Positions 59,287 to 64,000 of a stretch of 64,000 bases of DNA are shown here, piece after piece (the stretch's first letter is position 1; every line of letters begins with the position of its first letter). The translations under genes and the position numbers were made by a program. The stretch comes from an uncultured Acidimicrobiia bacterium (GTDB lineage: Bacteria; Actinomycetota; Acidimicrobiia; Spongiisociales; JAENVV01), in assembly GCA_963835515.1 (NCBI GenBank), contig CAWIFX010000005.1, forward strand, positions 5,321-69,320. Direction: 5' to 3'. The notes under the pieces are model-generated. The model had not been told where the DNA came from, searched no databases, and saw only the letters and a program-made list of their open reading frames with translations.

Positions 59287-60741
59287 TCAGACCGAGAACG
59301 CCTCGATCACTTCTCCGAATGTTTCGAGCGACCCCGGGCGGTGGAGATTGGCGATCGCCACGATCGCGAGATCGACACCTGCCTCAGACAAACCCGTGAA
59401 GCGAGTGACGTTGTCGGTAACGGTCCCGCCGGAGAACGGCCCGAGTAACACGTCGGTGTCCATGCCCATGGCCTCCGCCTCGGATTCCAGCTCGGATTTG
59501 GATGAGTAAACGAAGGTCGGGGAGAGGTGGGTGACTTCGATTTCGCTGCGGTCCCGTCCCACAGCTTCACAGTGAGCGCCCAATACGGCGAGCTTGTGGC
59601 GGACGTCGTCGGGGCCGCCCATCAGATTGCAGGCGTCGGCATATTGAGCGACTAGTTTCAGGGTTCGCTTCTCACCACTTCCGCCGACGAGGATTGGTAT
59701 GTGTTCTTGAACGGGTCGCGGATACGCCAGCGCCTCGGGGATGCTGACGACCTTGCCCTCAAACGACTTCGCTCCCGCACCCCAAAGAGTGGGTAGTGCT
59801 TGGAGGGCATCCTCGAGCAGATCGAGACGTTCCTTATCGGGTGGGTAAACATACCCGAACGCCTCGTGTTCTTGTTTGAACCAGCCTGCGCCGATGCCAC
59901 ATATCGCCCGGCCCTCAGAAAGTACGTCGAGGGTCGAGATGATCTTCGCGAGCAAGCCCACGTTGCGATAGGTCAGGCCGGTCACGAGCGCACCGAGTTT
60001 GATCGTGTCGGTCACACCTGCCAGCCATGCCAACGTCGTATAGGCCTCCAGCATGTCGTTCCACGCAGGACCGACCTGCGGGATCTGCCGGAAGTGGTCC
60101 ATCAACCACAAGCTCTCAAACCCGGCCGCTTCCGCGCGTCGGGCGATGGCGGCCAGGGTGTCAGGTGTCGATACCTCACCCCATTCGAAGTTCGACACCT
60201 GCAGTCCAAACCGGAGGCGCCGGGTAGGGCTGACCTGATCAGCAGACCAGCTGCCCAACGCGACCGGAGTGACTGCATCGGCCGCATAGACGGCCGCGAA
60301 TCCTTCGTCCTCAAGGGCGGGTCGAGTTTCGGCGTACCGGGTGATCTGGCTGTCGAGCACCTTCGGGGGGATGCTCCGGCTGCGTCGTTTGTTGCGGTCC
60401 TTGCAGGTTTTGGGATCGGTGTCGAAGCCGATCGCGATCGCCGGCATACCGGCGTCCGTAGCCTTCTGGCGCCACCGCTGGCGGTCCTCGGCGTTGAGAC
60501 CGAGCGTGTCAATGACGGTCACGAGTCCCCGTTCGAGGCGCATATCAACGATTGATTCGAGGACGGCGAAAGCGTCGGCCGATGCCTTCTGATCGTGTTG
60601 TCCGGTACCTACGGCAGCCCGCAGAGCGTCCGATGAAACGACCTGGCCAGCTTTGAAGTTGGCTTCTGCCCACGTGGTTTTGCCACTTCCAGACGGCCCG
60701 ACGAGGACGATGAGGGACGGAAACGGAATGCGAATCGGCAT
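59287..60741 (-). CDS. Fusion: Pnkp-like P-loop kinase (AAA_33) + LLM-class F420-dependent oxidoreductase
   Basis: GPSGSGKT, VSSDALR, RNKRR lid; then FGLQV, WLMDHF, YRNVGLLAK, GIGAGW, GGSGEKRTL. Confidence 0.88.
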   Translation of the reverse strand: MPIRIPFPSLIVLVGPSGSGKTTWAEANFKAGQVVSSDALRAAVGTGQHDQKASADAFAVLESIVDMRLERGLVTVIDTLGLNAEDRQRWRQKATDAGMPAIAIGFDTDPKTCKDRNKRRSRSIPPKVLDSQITRYAETRPALEDEGFAAVYAADAVTPVALGSWSADQVSPTRRLRFGLQVSNFEWGEVSTPDTLAAIARRAEAAGFESLWLMDHFRQIPQVGPAWNDMLEAYTTLAWLAGVTDTIKLGALVTGLTYRNVGLLAKIISTLDVLSEGRAICGIGAGWFKQEHEAFGYVYPPDKERLDLLEDALQALPTLWGAGAKSFEGKVVSIPEALAYPRPVQEHIPILVGGSGEKRTLKLVAQYADACNLMGGPDDVRHKLAVLGAHCEAVGRDRSEIEVTHLSPTFVYSSKSELESEAEAMGMDTDVLLGPFSGGTVTDNVTRFTGLSEAGVDLAIVAIANLHRPGSLETFGEVIEAFSV

Positions 60742-60789
60742 TCCGGCAGCCTACTTCGACTCCTTCCGGCGGTCCCGTCTACACGGGCG

Positions 60790-61179
60790 TCAGTCCTCGA
60801 GAGACTCAATCAACGCAGCGAACCCATCGATGTCGCTCGCGGTGGGTTCGTGAGTCCACACCTGTACGCCAGCTAGTAGTTCGGCGTATTTCTCAACCTC
60901 TTCGGGGCGCACCACCGCCCGGATTGGAATGTCGGGGCCAAGAATCTCCTGGTACTTGGCGAGGATCGCTCGATGCTGAGGTCGATCAAGGTCCAGATCG
61001 AAAATCACCCCGCCAGCGGCAGCCACCTTTTCGCAGAACTCTCCCTTGAGGATTGGGCAGAGCGTGGCATGCGCAGGCCCGGGGCATACCTCAACATGAT
61101 GGCCGAGGCGCTCTAATAGGTTGGTTTGCGTTGATCGGTCAGACCCACAGTCCACGAGAACCGTGTCGCGAGCTTCCAT
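60790..61179 (-). CDS. Hypothetical receiver-like protein with Cys motif
   Basis: AAGGAGGT Shine-Dalgarno before ATG at 61179; LERLGHHVEVCPGP..TLCPILKGEFC; VIFDLDL. Confidence 0.7.
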   Translation of the reverse strand: MEARDTVLVDCGSDRSTQTNLLERLGHHVEVCPGPAHATLCPILKGEFCEKVAAAGGVIFDLDLDRPQHRAILAKYQEILGPDIPIRAVVRPEEVEKYAELLAGVQVWTHEPTASDIDGFAALIESLED

Positions 61180-61292
61180 GACGACCTCCTTCGCCTTTTT
61201 CAGTATGTGGTACTCCATGAAGTGTGCCTAGAGGACTAAGCCCCTCGCTCCTTGTCAGGTCCGGTACCGAGTCTGGGTGATAGCCTCACCGA

Positions 61293-62586
61293 ATGATCAC
61301 ACCGGAAGGCCTTGGGTTCGAGACGTTGGCGTTGCACGCCGGCCAGCGGCCCGATGACACGTACGGGGCTCGGGCTCAGCCGATCTACATGACCACGTCG
61401 TACTTGTTTGATTCCGTTGACCATGCTGCGTCCCTCTTCAACCTTGAGACCCCCGGCCATATCTATTCGCGTATCTCGAATCCGACTGTGGCGGCATTCG
61501 AAGAGCGGATGGCTGCGCTCGAAGGGGGAGTCGGGGCGGTGGCGACAGCGTCCGGTCAGGCCGCACTGTTCCTCGCCGTTGCCACCCTCATGGGGCAAGG
61601 CGGGCACATCGTGGCGTCCGGCTCGATCTATGGCGGGTCGCACAACATGTTCAACCTCACCCTGCCGCGCTTCGGGATTACGACCACCTTCGTCAACCCA
61701 CGCAACACGGACGAGTTTGCCGACGCCATCACCGACGACACGCGGCTTGCTCTACGGCGAAACGCTCGGCAACCCGGGGCTAGAGATCATGGACATGCAG
61801 GCGGTAGCGGATCTAGCCCACGCCAAGGGTCTGCCGCTGATGATCGACAACACGTTCGCTTCGCCGTATCTTTGTCGGCCGATCGAATGGGGAGCCGACA
61901 TCGTCATGAACTCCGCTACCAAGTTCATTGGCGGCCACGGTGTGGCAATTGGGGGAGTGATCGTGGACGGGGGAACCTTTGACTGGGAGAAGTCGGGCAA
62001 ATTCCCCACCCTCACCGAGCCATACGAGGGATATCACGGCATCGATTTCTCCGAAGAGTATGGGCCTGCCGCCTTCATGTCCCGGGCCCGGGCTGAGGGG
62101 CTGCGTGACTTCGGCGCTTCGATGAGTCCCCAGAACGCCTTCTATCTGTTGCTCGGGCTCGAAACGCTTCCTATCCGAATGGAACGTCACGTAGCCAATG
62201 CCACAGCTGTCGCTGAATTCCTCGACGCTGCTCCCGAGGTCGCCTGGGTTTCCTACCCGACGTTGGAATCGCACCCCGATCATGCCCGCGCGCAACAGAT
62301 GCTCCCGAAGGGACCGGGCGCGATCTTCTCCTTCGGTATCAAAGGGGGCCGTGAGGCAGGGCGCAAGTTCATCGAAGCCGTCAGCGTCTTCTCCCATCTG
62401 GCCAATGTGGGAGACGCCAAATCCCTGGTGATTCACCCGGGATCGACGACCCACCAGCAAATGTCCGCCAAGGACCTGGAAGCTGCCGGCATCAGCGAAG
62501 ACCTCATCCGGCTGTCGGTCGGCATGGAGTCGATCGAGGATCTGATTGGTGACCTCAGGCGCGCGCTCCGGGCGTCGCAGAAGTAA
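61293..62586 (+). CDS. metY: O-acetylhomoserine aminocarboxypropyltransferase, apparent +1 frameshift near 61746
   Basis: FETLALHAG, YSRISNPT, ASGQAA, DNTFA, SATKFIGGHG, HLANVGD, RLSVGME. Confidence 0.9.
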
Positions 62587-62590
62587 GCGC

Positions 62591-63387
62591 ATGGACATCA
62601 TCGTCGGGGACAAGCGAGTCTTTGCAGCCACCGGAGGTCGCCCGATTGACCCTGCCAAGCCGCTGCTGGTTTTGTTGCACGGTGCGGGTCAGGATCGCAC
62701 GATCTGGGTTCTCCAGACGCGCTATCTGGCTCATCACGGCTTCTCGGTCCTGGCGCTGGACTTTCCTGGCCATGGGGGGTCAGAAGGGCCACCTTTAGCC
62801 ACCGTTGAGGAGATGGCTGATTGGGTGGCCGACGTCATCCGGGCGGTCGGCGTTACTTCAGCCGCGTTGGTCGGCCACTCGATGGGGTCGTTCGTGGCGA
62901 TTCAATGCGCTGCGGATCATCCGGAACTCGTCGACAAACTTGCTCTAGTGGGTGTCTCGGTTGAGATGCCGGTTCATCCCCAGATGCTGGCCGCCGCCGA
63001 AGCGGACGAGCAGCATGCGATCGACCTCATGGTGGGCTGGTCACATTCAAGTCAGGGTCACCGGGGAGGTCACCGGCAACCCGGGTCGTGGATGGTGGGC
63101 GGCTCGAAGCGGGTCGTGGAAAGGTCCGCTCCCGGGGTGTTGTACGCCGGGTTCCTGGCTTGCATGAATCGCGGATCGATCCTCGACGCCGCCGGCAAGG
63201 TGACGGTCCCTGCTCTGTTTCTTCTCGGCGGAGACGACAAGATGACGCCCCCGCGTCGGGTCAGCAGGTGGCAGCCACCGTTGCCGATTCCACGGTTGTG
63301 GTTCTCCCGAATGTCGGGCACTCGATCTTGGCCGAAGCTCCGGATCAGGTCACCAATTATCTGAGGGAGTTCCTCAGTTCGACGTGA
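62591..63387 (+). CDS. Alpha/beta hydrolase, apparent frameshift near 63250
   Basis: LHGAG, DFPGHG, GHSMG, DKMTP; the catalytic-His tail (NVGHSIL) lies in another frame. Confidence 0.88.
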
Positions 63388-64000
63388 CCGGCCGCTGGTC
63401 GCCGAAGAGGCGCGAATTGGCGTCGGCGTAGAGCCGTTCCATCGCCTCGTTCGCCCATCTCAGCGCAGCATTGCGGTCAGCATCGGTGGTGACCCCCGCC
63501 AACAGCCACGTATCCCACAATTGGTTCATCGTTTCAGCTGAGGTCCCGTGGTATTCCAGTTGGTCGCCGGGGCGGAGTAGGTGGCCGTCGACGAGCAGAC
63601 CCGCCGGCATCGTCACGTGGTTGAACGCGGTCGGATCGTCGTCATAGGCAGACGCGATCGCGGATGCCTGGAGAGACCTGAGGTCTATCCCCGTGACCTC
63701 GTCGAGGCGCGCCTTGTATGTGTCAAGTTCGGCATCCGTCGGAAAGAAGTGGTTGGTGGCCCGGCCAACTCCGAAGTTGACCGCCCCACTCCCGATCGCC
63801 TTGCCGGCCAGCACGACCAGGGACCCGGCGGGGATTAGCGCAAAGGACCCCGTCACGGCGATCTTGGCGAGGCTCCCCACGATCGCTGCCTTGAGGGCGT
63901 TGCTGTCGTCCCGATTGAACCCGTCCTCAACTGCCAGGTCGCCGGCGATGTCGGCCACGTACCCCATCAGCAGCCCGAGTTCGTCGAGATCCGCGTAGAT
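63374..64000 (-). CDS. C-terminal part of a hypothetical protein (starts beyond the window)
   Basis: Frame is open to the window edge (IYADLDELGLLMGYVAD...); contains a Gly/Ala-rich hydrophobic stretch. Confidence 0.6.
   Translation of the reverse strand: MYADLDELGLLMGYVADIAGDLAVEDGFNRDDSNALKAAIVGSLAKIAVTGSFALIPAGSLVVLAGKAIGSGAVNFGVGRATNHFFPTDAELDTYKARLDEVTGIDLRSLQASAIASAYDDDPTAFNHVTMPAGLLVDGHLLRPGDQLEYHGTSAETMNQLWDTWLLAGVTTDADRNAALRWANEAMERLYADANSRLFGDQRPVTSN

Noticed and set aside
61219-61292. SAM riboswitch upstream of metY
   Set aside because: The gap is short, the gene looks leaderless (TAGCCT 6 nt before ATG), and no riboswitch core was recognised.

Overview
A gene-dense, high-GC stretch of bacterial chromosome. 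An actinobacterial origin, probably Acidimicrobiia-like, is inferred from the F420-dependent enzymes, the LigC/Prim-PolC pair, Thr-rich lipoproteins and widespread leaderless -10 boxes. About 65 CDSs can be supported. They cover transporters, lipid and aldehyde catabolism, betA, prpE, ychF, metY, a MoxR-DUF58-transglutaminase operon, ligC plus a primase-polymerase, and many cell-envelope proteins. I saw no rRNA, tRNA, CRISPR array, integrase or transposase. About nine single-base indels break otherwise intact genes and are most likely sequencing or assembly errors. The most interesting candidates are: (1) a Pnkp-type polynucleotide-kinase domain fused to an F420-dependent luciferase-like oxidoreductase; (2) a soluble-adenylyl-cyclase-like double cyclase-STAND-TPR protein that overlaps a convergent orphan secreted protein with a palindrome-rich leader; (3) two tandem, diverged membrane-anchored PASTA proteins with no kinase or PBP domain; (4) an uncharacterised RHH-like protein with a clear upstream operator-like repeat; (5) a 79-bp-period repeat with a compensatory hairpin change. 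All family assignments come from reading motifs by eye; no database searches were run.
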